In this document: positions 15,746-26,090 of the stretch, one piece after another
Layout of the letters: every line of letters starts with the position of its first letter
Numbering within the stretch: position 1 is the first letter of the stretch
NCBI GenBank assembly: GCA_048882505.1
Contig: JBHLRO010000004.1
Coordinates: 50,193 to 82,192 of the forward strand
Reading direction: 5' to 3'
Source: Candidatus Thorarchaeota archaeon
GTDB taxonomy: Archaea; Asgardarchaeota; Heimdallarchaeia; Hodarchaeales; Hodarchaeaceae
DNA: 32,000 nt
Program-made: the position numbers and the translations under genes
The notes under the pieces: generated by a model
Seen by the model: the letters and a program-made list of their open reading frames with translations, nothing else
Databases searched by the model: none
Told to the model about the DNA's origin: nothing

Positions 15746-17905
15746 ATGATTGAGCTTCTTCTTACCATACTTCAGGAAGACATAAATGACGCTCGTAGAG
15801 AGCTTTTCTGGCCTGGAAGGGGCGTTTCATATGCTGACCAAATCGGGTTTCTGATCTATTTCGGATCGGCCATAGTCGTGGTATTGATACTTCTAGGGAT
15901 TCTCCGCCATATGCGCATATGGTTTCATGGGAAATATGACCGCGAGGAGCAAGGATTCTTGTCTTTCTTCGTGGGACTTATCAATAGGACGCTCAGAAAC
16001 ATTTTTTCCCGTTCGTTTCCGACTAGGCTATCGTACAGTTTAGGAGCGGGGATTAAAAACAGACAAACCAAGAAGAAAGGGAGTTTTCTTGCTCATACTC
16101 TGATGATGTGGGGTTTCATAGGATCCGCGATTGCGACTACCATTTTGACAATTCATGAGTACATATTTCATGAAGAACTTCTTGTAGGATGGTTATATCT
16201 AATCTATTCTTTTGGAGCCGACATGGCTGGAGTAATCCTTGTTGTAGGAACAATAATGGCCTTCGTACGGAGATATATTACGGATCGCGATTATTATGTT
16301 GACACAGGATTTGAGGATATCTTCCTATTGGCTCTGTTATTCTGGGTAGGCGTATCTGGCTTTCTTATGGAGGCTGCAAGGATCACATATGGTTTTATTA
16401 ACACCCCAGATCTGGTGAAGTATGAAATCTTTTCTGTTACAGGATGGCTAATTGCCCAATTGCTTTTTATCCTAGTGGCAGCTTCTAATGATCCGAACTT
16501 TCTGATCCTTGGTTTTCACCTAATAATATATCTAACACACCTTGCAACTGTTTTTACGTTACTGGTATATGTAGTTCTCAGCAAGTTTCTCCATATTGGA
16601 GTTGGTGTAGCTAACATCGCATTAAAGGATCTCGGCCAGCCCCGTGGACAATTAAATTTTGGTGAGGAGGGGCTTTCAAAAATCGAAGATTTTTCCTTTT
16701 ACCAGCTCCTGGAATCTTCGGCATGCATGAAATGTCACTTTTGTCACAACTACTGCCCAGCACAGGATACAGGCGAACCCCTTTCGCCGATGAAAGTGAT
16801 TCAAGATGTGGTGGCATGGGGAAAGAAACAGTATACTTTGTTGGGAGGCAAAAAGGACGTTTCAATGCTCGGTGATGTTCCAGACAAGTCAGGGATAACC
16901 AAGGACGTTCTTTGGGCATGTGTGACCTGTTACGCTTGTGTGGAGGCTTGCCCCGTCCTGATTGGACACGTAGATATGATTGTAGGAATGCGGGCATCTC
17001 TTCTGGAATCAGGGGATATACCAGCAACTTTCACAACAATGCTTGAGTCAGTCTATCAAAATGGCAATGTATGGAACCAACCCAAAAGGGAACGTACCAA
17101 ATGGCTTAAAGATGCTAGTCTCCCGAGAATCAAAAAATCTGAGTCCAAACTGCTTTGGTTGCCGGGCGATACACTTGCTTATGACCCACGGAACCAAAAA
17201 GTGGCTCGTGCGACATACGATATTTTTTCCAAAATAGACCTCGATTATGGAACATTTGGAGATGCAGAGAAGAGTGATGGGAACGAAATTCGTCGTTTAG
17301 GCGAAGAAGCGCTGTTTCGTATGCTCGCCGAAGAAAATATCAAAATGTTTCAAAAAAGGGACGTTCAACGAATTGTATGCTCATCACCCCATGCCTATAA
17401 TACCATCAAAAATGAATATCCAGCATTCGGAGGAGTTTTCGATGTTGTTCACATTACCCAGTTCCTCTGGGAATTGATCCAAGTCGGAAAGATTGAATTT
17501 ACAAAAGAGCTGAATTACGATGTGACCTTTCACGATCCTTGTTACCTTGGAAGGTATAATGGGGTCTTTGATGAGCCACGGAAGATAATTGAAAGGCTGC
17601 CTGGGGTGATTATTTCCAAAGAAATGCCGAATCATAAACAATTCTCATATTGCTGTGGTGGCGGCGGGGGGGGAATGTTTCGAGAAACCCCGAAGTGGGT
17701 CGAAACCCGGATTTCTGAGCGTCGTGTCATGGAAGCCAAAGAAACCTTTGATTCTATGGCAGTGAGTGATCGTAAGAAGATATTGATAACAGCCTGTCCT
17801 TTTTGTACCAGTATGTTGGTTGATGCCACCAAAACCAGGCAATTGGAAGATGAAATTGAAGTAAAGGACATAGTAGAATTAGTTAGTGAAGCCATGGGGC
17901 TTTGA
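15746..17905 (+). CDS. FadF/HdrF-like membrane-bound Fe-S oxidoreductase (NarI-like TM domain, 2x[4Fe-4S], CCG domains); probable ETF:quinone oxidoreductase
   Basis: TM N-terminal half, then CMKCHFCHNYCP and CVTCYACVEACP, then HDPCYLGR, CCGGGGG and ACPFC. The likely start is the ATG at 15746 after GGTGA (ORF track 15683). Confidence 0.88.
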   Translation: MIELLLTILQEDINDARRELFWPGRGVSYADQIGFLIYFGSAIVVVLILLGILRHMRIWFHGKYDREEQGFLSFFVGLINRTLRNIFSRSFPTRLSYSLGAGIKNRQTKKKGSFLAHTLMMWGFIGSAIATTILTIHEYIFHEELLVGWLYLIYSFGADMAGVILVVGTIMAFVRRYITDRDYYVDTGFEDIFLLALLFWVGVSGFLMEAARITYGFINTPDLVKYEIFSVTGWLIAQLLFILVAASNDPNFLILGFHLIIYLTHLATVFTLLVYVVLSKFLHIGVGVANIALKDLGQPRGQLNFGEEGLSKIEDFSFYQLLESSACMKCHFCHNYCPAQDTGEPLSPMKVIQDVVAWGKKQYTLLGGKKDVSMLGDVPDKSGITKDVLWACVTCYACVEACPVLIGHVDMIVGMRASLLESGDIPATFTTMLESVYQNGNVWNQPKRERTKWLKDASLPRIKKSESKLLWLPGDTLAYDPRNQKVARATYDIFSKIDLDYGTFGDAEKSDGNEIRRLGEEALFRMLAEENIKMFQKRDVQRIVCSSPHAYNTIKNEYPAFGGVFDVVHITQFLWELIQVGKIEFTKELNYDVTFHDPCYLGRYNGVFDEPRKIIERLPGVIISKEMPNHKQFSYCCGGGGGGMFRETPKWVETRISERRVMEAKETFDSMAVSDRKKILITACPFCTSMLVDATKTRQLEDEIEVKDIVELVSEAMGL

Positions 17906-18063
17906 TGACTCATGAAATAATCGTGTCCGGTCCATGTAAGGGCTAGTTTTTCAGATTTTTCGTGAAATCTGTCCTCATTGGATTGAAATACCAACAAGAC
18001 TTATGACCTATTTCTTGAAATGGGCATTAATCTCACACAAGTGTCAACTGAGTTAGAACTATA

Positions 18064-19026
18064 ATGGAAACAGAAGTCTTTTTTGTTGTTAATCCCACTG
18101 CAGCAGGAGGACGTGTTGGTAAGATTTGGACCAACCAAATTCACCCATTACTTGAAGCAAATGGCTTGGATTTTGACTTTGAGACTACCATAGACCGAGG
18201 AAATGCCATAAATGTTGCTCAAGAACGCGTGAATGAGGGTTACCGAATCATATGTTCTGTGGGTGGCGATGGAACTTCAAATGAGGTTTTAAACGGGGTA
18301 TTGAAGGCAGAAAAACCAGGAATTTTTGCAGCATTTCCTGTTGGGACTGGTAATGACATTCCAACCTCCTTCGGAATTCCTGACACTACTATAGAAGAAA
18401 TGTATGAATGTGTGGTTTCAGGTCAGGATAAGCAGTTTGACGTGGGATATTGTGAAAAAGCGGACCGCTATTTTGGGGGGGTAGCATCTATGGGGTTTGA
18501 TGCAGAGGTGGCAGCTCGTACACAAACCAAGAGACGATTATTTGGTCGATGGAACTACGAACTTGCCCTCTTGAAGACCATCCTTAACTTCAGGCCATAT
18601 AATATCAAAATCGAGTACGACAATGAGTCTGTTCTCGAAGGGCAAAGAATGATTGTTGCTATCGGCAATGGCAAGAGGTACGGTGCCGGTATGCATATAT
18701 GTCCCAAAGCTAAGGTGACAGATGGCAGATTTTTCGCGGTTACCCTTTCTAAGATCAGTCGTTTTACTTTACTTCTTCGAGTTTTTCCCAAAATTTACGA
18801 CGGCAAGCACATTGAACACAAAAAAGTGCTTTCAATGGAAGGAAGCGTTTTCCATGTGGAATCACTGGATAAGGAATGCCTTTACCAAGCAGATGGAGAA
18901 ATACTCGGGTATTTACCAGAAACTTTCGTCACCAAACCGAATCTATTGACCGTTCGTGTACCTAATCCTTGGATATCCTATACAGAAACTTGGGAAAAAA
19001 AACTGAAAGCAAAAGGTAAGAAATGA
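18064..19026 (+). CDS. Diacylglycerol/lipid kinase family protein (YegS/DAGK)
   Basis: NPTAAGG, VGGDGTSNEVLNG, PVGTGND, GFDAEV, GNGKRYGAG, QADGE. Confidence 0.93.
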   Translation: METEVFFVVNPTAAGGRVGKIWTNQIHPLLEANGLDFDFETTIDRGNAINVAQERVNEGYRIICSVGGDGTSNEVLNGVLKAEKPGIFAAFPVGTGNDIPTSFGIPDTTIEEMYECVVSGQDKQFDVGYCEKADRYFGGVASMGFDAEVAARTQTKRRLFGRWNYELALLKTILNFRPYNIKIEYDNESVLEGQRMIVAIGNGKRYGAGMHICPKAKVTDGRFFAVTLSKISRFTLLLRVFPKIYDGKHIEHKKVLSMEGSVFHVESLDKECLYQADGEILGYLPETFVTKPNLLTVRVPNPWISYTETWEKKLKAKGKK

Positions 19027-19047
19027 ACTGTAGCTGAGGAGACAAGT

Positions 19048-20322
19048 TTGAAAATCAAAAACATATATGCACGAGAAATCTTCGATTCACGGGGAAATCC
19101 CACTATCGAGGTTGAGTGTAACCTGGAGGATGGTACCTATACTCGGAGTATGGTGCCCTCTGGCGCTTCTACTGGTATTCACGAAGCTCTAGAATTACGA
19201 GACGGGGGTTCTCGCTTGATGGGAAAATCCGTTTCCCAAGCTGTTGTGAATGTTAATCAAGTAATTGCTCCAGTCCTTGTTGGAAAGGATCCCGTGGATC
19301 AAAAGGGCATTGATCGCATGCTTGTTGAGCTTGATGGATCTAAAAACAAATCAAAATTGGGCGCAAACGCGATTCTCGGCGTTTCTATGGCAGTGAGTAA
19401 AGCTGGAGCAAAGGCTCTTCATATCCCATTATATCAACACTTAGGTTCTCTCTGTGGCAAAACAAAATTTGTTTTGCCTGTTCCCAGCCTTAATGTGATT
19501 AACGGGGGAAAGCATGGTGGAAATGAAATTGCTTTTCAAGAGTTCATGGTCATGCCTGTGGGAGCGAAGTCATTCAAAGAAGCTATGATATTGGGGGTAG
19601 AAGTTTATCACACGTTGAAAGATATCATAAAAAAGAAGCATGGAATCACCGCAATAAATGTTGGAGACGAAGGGGGCTTTGCTCCTCCTCTCAACAAGAT
19701 TGAAGAGCCTTTAAAGCTGATTATGGAGGCCATAAATGAAGCCGGGCATACCGAACTAATTAAAATTGCTCTAGATCCAGCAGCTTCCGAATTCTATAAA
19801 TCGGGAAGATATGTGGTGGATGGGACTCCCATAAGTTCGGAGGACTTCATTCAACTTTACGAGGAACTCCTTGAGGAATACCCGATAATTTCGATTGAGG
19901 ATGCTTTTGATCAAGATGACTGGGAAACATTCACTGAATTTACACGGCGCAATGGAAATAAAATACAAATTGTTGGTGATGACCTTCTTGTTACGAACGT
20001 AGAACGAATTCAAGAGGCCATCAATAAGAAAGCATGTAATGCCTTGCTATTAAAGGTGAACCAAATAGGTTCGGTCTCTGAAAGTGTTAATGCTGCCATG
20101 TTAAGTCAGAACAACCGGTGGGGGGTGATGGTATCACATCGCAGCGGCGAAACCGAGGATCCATTCATTGCTGACCTAGCTGTTGGCTTAAAAACAGGTC
20201 AAATCAAAACGGGGGCACCTTGTCGTTCTGAGCGTCTGGCCAAGTATAATCAGTTAATCCGTATTGAAGATCGCCTCGGAACAGCCGCTCAATATGCAGG
20301 CATCGATTTTAGGCAAGTCTGA
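19048..20322 (+). CDS. eno: Enolase (phosphopyruvate hydratase)
   Basis: [49 protein letters not shown] start after RBS GAGGAG. Confidence 0.99.
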   Translation: MKIKNIYAREIFDSRGNPTIEVECNLEDGTYTRSMVPSGASTGIHEALELRDGGSRLMGKSVSQAVVNVNQVIAPVLVGKDPVDQKGIDRMLVELDGSKNKSKLGANAILGVSMAVSKAGAKALHIPLYQHLGSLCGKTKFVLPVPSLNVINGGKHGGNEIAFQEFMVMPVGAKSFKEAMILGVEVYHTLKDIIKKKHGITAINVGDEGGFAPPLNKIEEPLKLIMEAINEAGHTELIKIALDPAASEFYKSGRYVVDGTPISSEDFIQLYEELLEEYPIISIEDAFDQDDWETFTEFTRRNGNKIQIVGDDLLVTNVERIQEAINKKACNALLLKVNQIGSVSESVNAAMLSQNNRWGVMVSHRSGETEDPFIADLAVGLKTGQIKTGAPCRSERLAKYNQLIRIEDRLGTAAQYAGIDFRQV

Positions 20323-20545
20323 TTGGCTATGAACATATGAAGATGGAAATCGCTACAGTTTACCCACCCATGTCATCGATACAGTTTTGAAGTTTTTATT
20401 CTAACTTCCCAAAATGTAGATCTTGCCAAAAAAGGTGTATGAAGAAGGAAACTACGCTAAATATCCAACTGATAATCTCATCTCAGTAAATTTTTCCGCG
20501 CAATTATGTCCTTTGAACCGTTTGATGTGTGGAGTAATCAGAACA

Positions 20546-22984
20546 ATGTCAAAAAAAGATAGATTTATCCTTTGGTATCACGAAATTGAAAATAAAGATC
20601 TTCCACTTGTTGGGGGGAAAAATGCTTCCCTAGGAGAAATGTATAGTCAACTTAATCGATTTGGAATACGGATCCCCAATGGATTTGCGATCACTGCAGC
20701 CGCTTATCGGCATTTTGTTCAAACTACTGGCATCGAGGAGAAAATTCACGCGACCATTCAGGGGCTTGATGCTCATAACCTTAATGATCTCCAGATCCGT
20801 GGGAGACGAGTTCGCGAAATCATCAGATATGCTCAATTCCCACCTGATCTAGAACAGGAGATTCGAGAAGCTTACCGCTCTTTATGCATGGAACATCAGA
20901 AAGTTGACATTGACGTAGCTGTCCGATCAAGTGCCACTGCGGAAGATTTGCCTGATGCAAGCTTCGCTGGCCAGCAAGACACATATTTGAATGTTCAGGG
21001 CGAAGATTCGCTACTAGCAGCTTGTAAGGCCTGCTTTGCCAGCCTTTTCACTGATCGTGCAATAAGTTACCGTGAGGATCGTGGATTTGACCATTTGGAT
21101 GTCTATCTTTCTATCGGAATACAGATCATGGTACGATCGGACGTCGGATCATCTGGCGTAACTTTCACCCTCGATACAGAGTCGGGCTTTCGAGATGTCG
21201 TTTTTATTACGGGTTCATACGGGTTAGGCGAACCCGTCGTACAAGGAACAGTTAACCCTGATGAATTCTATGTATTTAAACCAACTCTTAAGGAAGGTAA
21301 GAAACCAATCATCGGGAAAAAGCTGGGTACAAAAGAACAAATGATGATTTATTCTCCTAATCCACAACGGCCAACGAAACTAGTCGATACAACAGAATCA
21401 ATGAGGAACAGCTATTGCTTAAGCGACGACGAGATATTACAGCTGGCTAAGTGGGCAATGGTAATCGAGGATCATTATGGAAAACCAATGGATATCGAAT
21501 GGGCAAAAGACGGAGACGGCTTGTTTTCGGGATCCGGTGACCTTTTCATTGTTCAAGCGCGTCCTGAAACAATACACTCCCAAAAAAAAGGGAATGTCTT
21601 AGAGACCTATGTGCTAGAAGAGAATGGGGAAGTGTTAGTAACAGGACAAGCCGTGGGGTCAAGGATTGGTCAAGGGAAGGTAAATGTCATCGAATCATCC
21701 TCGCGAATCTCAGAATTCAAATCTGGAGAAGTCCTGGTCACGTCTATGACCGATCCAGATTGGGAACCGATCATGAAAATAGCTGCGGCAATTGTTACGG
21801 ATCGTGGAGGGAGGACGTGCCATGCAGCCATCGTTTCTCGTGAATTGGGAATTCCCGCTGTCATCGGTACAGAGTTAGGATCACGAATTTTGCAGGACGG
21901 TCAGCAGATAACTGTTAGTTGTGCTGAAGGTCAAGAAGGCCGTATTTACAAAGGTTCTTTGCCGTTTCGCATTGATACTGTTCAATTAGACGTGATTCCT
22001 AAGACCAGAACTAAAATAATGATGAACGTTGGGATACCTGACAAAGCTTTTGTACAGGCCCAAATTCCAAATGATGGTGTTGGCCTCGCGCGAGAGGAAT
22101 TCATCATAAATTCGTACATCGGAATTCATCCATTGGCACTTGTCCACTATGACAAACTTAAAGAAAAGCCAGAGTCGAATCCAGAAATTCATGACGTTTT
22201 GCAAAAAATCGATGACCGCACAATATCCTATAAGGATAAGACTGAGTTTTTCACTGATCAGTTATCGATGGGAATCGGGAGGATAGCCGCTGCTTTTTGG
22301 CCAAATGATGTGGTGGTTAGGCTTTCAGATTTTAAATCAAACGAATATGCCAACCTGATTGGGGGATCAATCTATGAACCCACGGAATCCAATCCTATGA
22401 TTGGCTGGCGTGGGGCCTCCCGTTATTACGACGGTACATACAAACCCGCATTTTTCTTGGAGTGTGAAGCTTTGAAACGAGTACGGGACGTGATGGGGCT
22501 TACTAATGTCATTGTAATGGTGCCATTTTGTCGTACCGTAGAGGAAGGTAAGAAAGTAGTTGAAGTGATGGCGGAGGCTGGTTTGAAACAGGGGGAAAAT
22601 GGCCTCCAAATTTACGTTATGGCCGAGATACCTTCAAATGTTATTCAAGCAGATGGATTTGCAGAGGTATTTGACGGTTTTTCAATTGGATCAAACGATT
22701 TAACTCAGTTAGCTCTGGGATTGGATCGGGATTCGGAGCTAATTTCACATATCTATGACGAACGTAACGAAGCAGTAAAACGATTGGTAAAGGCGGTTAT
22801 TGAAACCGCGAAAAAATACAAGCGAAAGATTGGGATATGTGGACAAGCACCTTCAGATTTTCCGGAGTTCGCAGAGTTTCTGGTAGAATGTGGTATTGAC
22901 TCCATGAGCCTGAATCCAGATACTGTTGTTAAAACACGAATTGAAGTGGCTAGAAAAGAGAAGAGTCTGGGAATCTCGCCTTAA
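20546..22984 (+). CDS. ppsA: Phosphoenolpyruvate synthase
   Basis: VGGKNASLGE, VRSSATAED, SFAGQQDT, QARPET, GGRTCHAAI (phospho-His), NPMIGWRG, SIGSNDL, ICGQAP. The likely start is the ATG at 20546 (MSKKDR, GGAG upstream). Confidence 0.98.
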   Translation: MSKKDRFILWYHEIENKDLPLVGGKNASLGEMYSQLNRFGIRIPNGFAITAAAYRHFVQTTGIEEKIHATIQGLDAHNLNDLQIRGRRVREIIRYAQFPPDLEQEIREAYRSLCMEHQKVDIDVAVRSSATAEDLPDASFAGQQDTYLNVQGEDSLLAACKACFASLFTDRAISYREDRGFDHLDVYLSIGIQIMVRSDVGSSGVTFTLDTESGFRDVVFITGSYGLGEPVVQGTVNPDEFYVFKPTLKEGKKPIIGKKLGTKEQMMIYSPNPQRPTKLVDTTESMRNSYCLSDDEILQLAKWAMVIEDHYGKPMDIEWAKDGDGLFSGSGDLFIVQARPETIHSQKKGNVLETYVLEENGEVLVTGQAVGSRIGQGKVNVIESSSRISEFKSGEVLVTSMTDPDWEPIMKIAAAIVTDRGGRTCHAAIVSRELGIPAVIGTELGSRILQDGQQITVSCAEGQEGRIYKGSLPFRIDTVQLDVIPKTRTKIMMNVGIPDKAFVQAQIPNDGVGLAREEFIINSYIGIHPLALVHYDKLKEKPESNPEIHDVLQKIDDRTISYKDKTEFFTDQLSMGIGRIAAAFWPNDVVVRLSDFKSNEYANLIGGSIYEPTESNPMIGWRGASRYYDGTYKPAFFLECEALKRVRDVMGLTNVIVMVPFCRTVEEGKKVVEVMAEAGLKQGENGLQIYVMAEIPSNVIQADGFAEVFDGFSIGSNDLTQLALGLDRDSELISHIYDERNEAVKRLVKAVIETAKKYKRKIGICGQAPSDFPEFAEFLVECGIDSMSLNPDTVVKTRIEVARKEKSLGISP

Positions 22985-24036
22985 ATTCCTTTCAAGCCAA
23001 CACCTGGATTGAAAAGCGGCATTATGATCTTATGATCAGTTTCCTCGACTTTTGTTAAAATTCGCGTGAAACCTTTCCAGTTTTTTATCTGTGAGGAAAC
23101 CAAGTTTATGTATTCGACCCGGTCTCCAGACATACCGAGAGTTAGATAGGTATGACCCAAGGGGCTGGGAAGAAAGACCGTGGCATCCCCACTAATAGTC
23201 CCTAGATGGTCTGAATCCAGGTGCAACAAAGGTGGATCATATTCCTTAAGTAGAAAAACGAGGCGGTTTAAAGCGAGATAGAGTTCCCCATAGCATACTC
23301 GATATGCATGCCAAAGAACTGGATCAGAGGAACTTGATAAAGCATATTGGTAAATGAATTCGATCGATTTGTTTGGATATAGTGGATCGCGCTTTGGTTT
23401 GCTTGAAATCAATCCCGCAGCTCTTTTAACTGGTCCTGTTAAACCCGTATCTAATACATCTTCTTGAGAAATAATTGGAATGGATTTCAGGTTATTAACA
23501 AGTCTCGGATCGAATTCAATCATTCTTGCGATCTTTTTCGCTACATTAATCTGGGATGAAAGAATGGTTACCCCTTTAGAGACGTTTCGTATATCAAACG
23601 GTTTGCATATTATGCCAGGCCTTACAAGTTGCCGAAACCCGCCGCCCCATAACAAATTTGTCAAATCCTGGAGGGAGGAAATACCATTCGACGCAATGGC
23701 GGCAGAATGTGAATGATTAAGGTTTGTAAACAGCAATTCAAAAACAGAATAGAGAACTTTCGCTCTTTCAAGACAAGCGAGAAACGCACGATGAAATAAA
23801 ACGGATTCAGGGATTAAAATACCCGTAATCTGCTCTATAGCCTCCGAAATGAGAAGTTGTAGAGTAACTGGAACAGTAGGATCCATTTCTTCGAATATTG
23901 AAAATGTAGTAGCCAAGGGTTTGTTAATTAAATCATTAAATTGAGCATTTCTTTTCTGAAATAAGTCAGGTAACTTTAGGGGTGTCCTGTCTTCTTTTGC
24001 GGTGAGCATCCAGTTATCAGCATCCGTTGAAGGCAT
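22981..24036 (-). CDS. Degenerate NuoD / group-4 [NiFe]-hydrogenase large-subunit homolog lacking metal-binding Cys
   Basis: AIEQITGILIPES..HRAFLACLER, GLTGPVKRAAG...RDPLY and SPLG resemble conserved NuoD/EchE segments. The CxxC ligand motifs and the N-terminal GPxHP region are absent. Its stop codon overlaps the ppsA stop (shared TTAA at 22981-22984). Confidence 0.7.
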   Translation of the reverse strand: MPSTDADNWMLTAKEDRTPLKLPDLFQKRNAQFNDLINKPLATTFSIFEEMDPTVPVTLQLLISEAIEQITGILIPESVLFHRAFLACLERAKVLYSVFELLFTNLNHSHSAAIASNGISSLQDLTNLLWGGGFRQLVRPGIICKPFDIRNVSKGVTILSSQINVAKKIARMIEFDPRLVNNLKSIPIISQEDVLDTGLTGPVKRAAGLISSKPKRDPLYPNKSIEFIYQYALSSSSDPVLWHAYRVCYGELYLALNRLVFLLKEYDPPLLHLDSDHLGTISGDATVFLPSPLGHTYLTLGMSGDRVEYINLVSSQIKNWKGFTRILTKVEETDHKIIMPLFNPGVGLKGI

Positions 24037-24048
24037 AATTTACACATC

Positions 24049-24921
24049 TTAAAGGAAAAGGAGTATGGCCCCTATTACAATGAACCCAGCAGCTACCCAA
24101 CGTTGATTAATCTCTTCGTTCATAAATCGTGACGCAATTATCATGGCAATAAAAATATTGAGAGTACTAGCGGGCTCTGCCAGTGCTATATCAATCCCTT
24201 CCGATACCGCAAGGATAAGGCAAAGATAGGACAGTCCGTTCACGGCTCCTGAAGCGATGGCTACTTTAGGGGCATCTAAGAAAACCTGAGCGCAAACTGA
24301 AAGTCTTCGACTCACTAGTAAGACCAAAAACAAATCTATGGTAACAATCGCGTAAATATAGAAAGAGTAAACAAATGAATTCACCTGCAAACTTGCGACA
24401 GTGAAAGCATCAATTATTCTTCCCAGGGCCATGAGAACTGATGCTGATATCATGTATTGGGCCCCTCTGTTGGTTAGAACACTTTTAATTGAATTAACCA
24501 TTGTCGTACTCTTTTCTAGATAGGAAAGGCCTACAAACATAAACAAAATACCAATGATTGAAAAAACAGAAAATTCAGTGCCAAGGAACACCGCGGAAAG
24601 TATCAGAAGGAATAGAATATTAAAATTGTAAAGGGGAGCTACAAGACTGACCGCTTCTTGTCGTAAAGAACTTGCATATAGGACGAAAGCTCCCGAATAA
24701 AAGATGCACGCTAAGAAAGCGTTTAGTAACGCTGATGACAAGGTTAAGGCAGGAAATCCCAGTACAAATAGTATTAATGCGCCAATGCCAAAAAAAATCG
24801 TAGTAACGGCTATGGATTGGTCTGTTTCGCTTTTTTCTCCAAAAATCTTGAGAATTACACGTTCGAATCCCAGAAGTACAATTCTAATCCCTAGGAACGT
24901 TCCCGCGAGAAGGACCGACAT
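24049..24921 (-). CDS. EamA/DMT family transporter
   Basis: About 10 TM helices in two repeats. VSLVAPLYNFNILF...LGTEF and IALAEP...NIFIAMIIA...MNEEI..RW match EamA repeat ends. Confidence 0.88.
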   Translation of the reverse strand: MSVLLAGTFLGIRIVLLGFERVILKIFGEKSETDQSIAVTTIFFGIGALILFVLGFPALTLSSALLNAFLACIFYSGAFVLYASSLRQEAVSLVAPLYNFNILFLLILSAVFLGTEFSVFSIIGILFMFVGLSYLEKSTTMVNSIKSVLTNRGAQYMISASVLMALGRIIDAFTVASLQVNSFVYSFYIYAIVTIDLFLVLLVSRRLSVCAQVFLDAPKVAIASGAVNGLSYLCLILAVSEGIDIALAEPASTLNIFIAMIIASRFMNEEINQRWVAAGFIVIGAILLFL

Positions 24922-25116
24922 TTATTCAGAGCGGGTGATAGGTATTGAAATGATTTTTGGACGTGGTTTTTTTATGAGCACGTTTGATGGTCTAGAGTAA
25001 ACTTCAACAGGCGCTTGATAAGTTGTCCAATTTATTCCTGGAAGATCCTCTTGTATTCAAGATATATTAAGAGTTCTCCCTAACCTCTTCTTAACGGGTT
25101 CCGTCGCGTTTTGGTG

Positions 25117-25128
25117 AAAAAAAGAAGG
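25117..25128 (-). terminator. Probable oligo-T terminator of the por operon
   Basis: CCTTCTTTTTTT on the minus strand, starting 5 nt after the porB stop. Confidence 0.5.
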
Positions 25129-25133
25129 ATGAC

Positions 25134-26078
25134 CTAAACGCCACATTTGGCTTTCAGTTCTTCCCATCGCTGATCGATGTCTTCTTGGAAGGAGTCAATG
25201 AGATCTTCACGATAATCTGGCTTGAAAATGTGCTTGAAACGTCCTTGAGTCTTTAAGTACTCCTCAATAGGCTTCTTACGAGTTTCATCTTTAGCAATAC
25301 GAAGACTGGCGCGGTCCATTGTATATTCACCGTCAACCACGTGGTATAGAGGATGAATACATGTTTCAACAGCCAATCGAGTAATGGCGATGGACATGGC
25401 GGGATCAAAGCGCTGGCCCCGCGTGCAGGATGCATCTACATGCATAAAAGCAGGGCCTTCAACATCTAGTCCCATACGGACTTTTTGAATCAGGTCTTTT
25501 GGTTCAGCAGGCACAGCAGTAGCCACAAATGGAATGCGATGGGCGGTAATTATATCCATTAGAGGTTTCTTGAACTGTGTCTTACCAGGAACGACGGATC
25601 CTGCAGGAGAGGTCGTTGTACTCGCTGTAAAAGGGGTTCCACCACTACGTTGTATACCAGTATTCATATAAGCCCCGTTATCGTAACAAATGTAAAGAAA
25701 GTCATGTCCGCGTTCAAGGGCTCCCGATAGCGATTGTAGACCTATGTCGAACGTTCCACCGTCGCCGCCAAGGACCACGATATCGATGTACTCGTCTTTG
25801 ATCATCCCCTTTTTTCGCATGGATTTGTAGGCGGCTTCGACTCCACTAGCAACAGCAGATGCGTTTTCGAATGCAACATGGAGCCAAGGAACCTTCCATG
25901 CTGAGAATGGATAGATCGTGCTTGCGACTTCTAAACATCCTGTAGCTTGGCAGACAACGGTTGGTTTATCGAAAGCCATTGTAAGCTGTCTCGCCATACT
26001 CCCTGCAGCGCATCCCGCACATAATCTGTGACCTCCGGTAAATTTAACCTCTTTCTGAGCATAATCTTTGAGCTTCAT
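25134..26078 (-). CDS. porB: Pyruvate/2-oxoacid:ferredoxin oxidoreductase beta subunit
   Basis: GHRLCAGC, ATGCLEV, the TPP motif GGDGG...DNGAYMNTGIQRS, and RBS GGAGG. Confidence 0.95.
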   Translation of the reverse strand: MKLKDYAQKEVKFTGGHRLCAGCAAGSMARQLTMAFDKPTVVCQATGCLEVASTIYPFSAWKVPWLHVAFENASAVASGVEAAYKSMRKKGMIKDEYIDIVVLGGDGGTFDIGLQSLSGALERGHDFLYICYDNGAYMNTGIQRSGGTPFTASTTTSPAGSVVPGKTQFKKPLMDIITAHRIPFVATAVPAEPKDLIQKVRMGLDVEGPAFMHVDASCTRGQRFDPAMSIAITRLAVETCIHPLYHVVDGEYTMDRASLRIAKDETRKKPIEEYLKTQGRFKHIFKPDYREDLIDSFQEDIDQRWEELKAKCGV

Positions 26079-26090
26079 TTTATCTACCTC

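Noticed and set aside
17140-17420. Loss of Cys ligands in the first CCG domain of the FadF-like protein (PGDT, KSDG, SSPHAYN)
   Set aside because: From recall, a degenerate first CCG domain is usual in FadF-type proteins, so this is not novel.
22981-24036. Annotation as a functional [NiFe] hydrogenase
   Set aside because: Both Ni-binding CxxC motifs are absent and no partner subunits are nearby.
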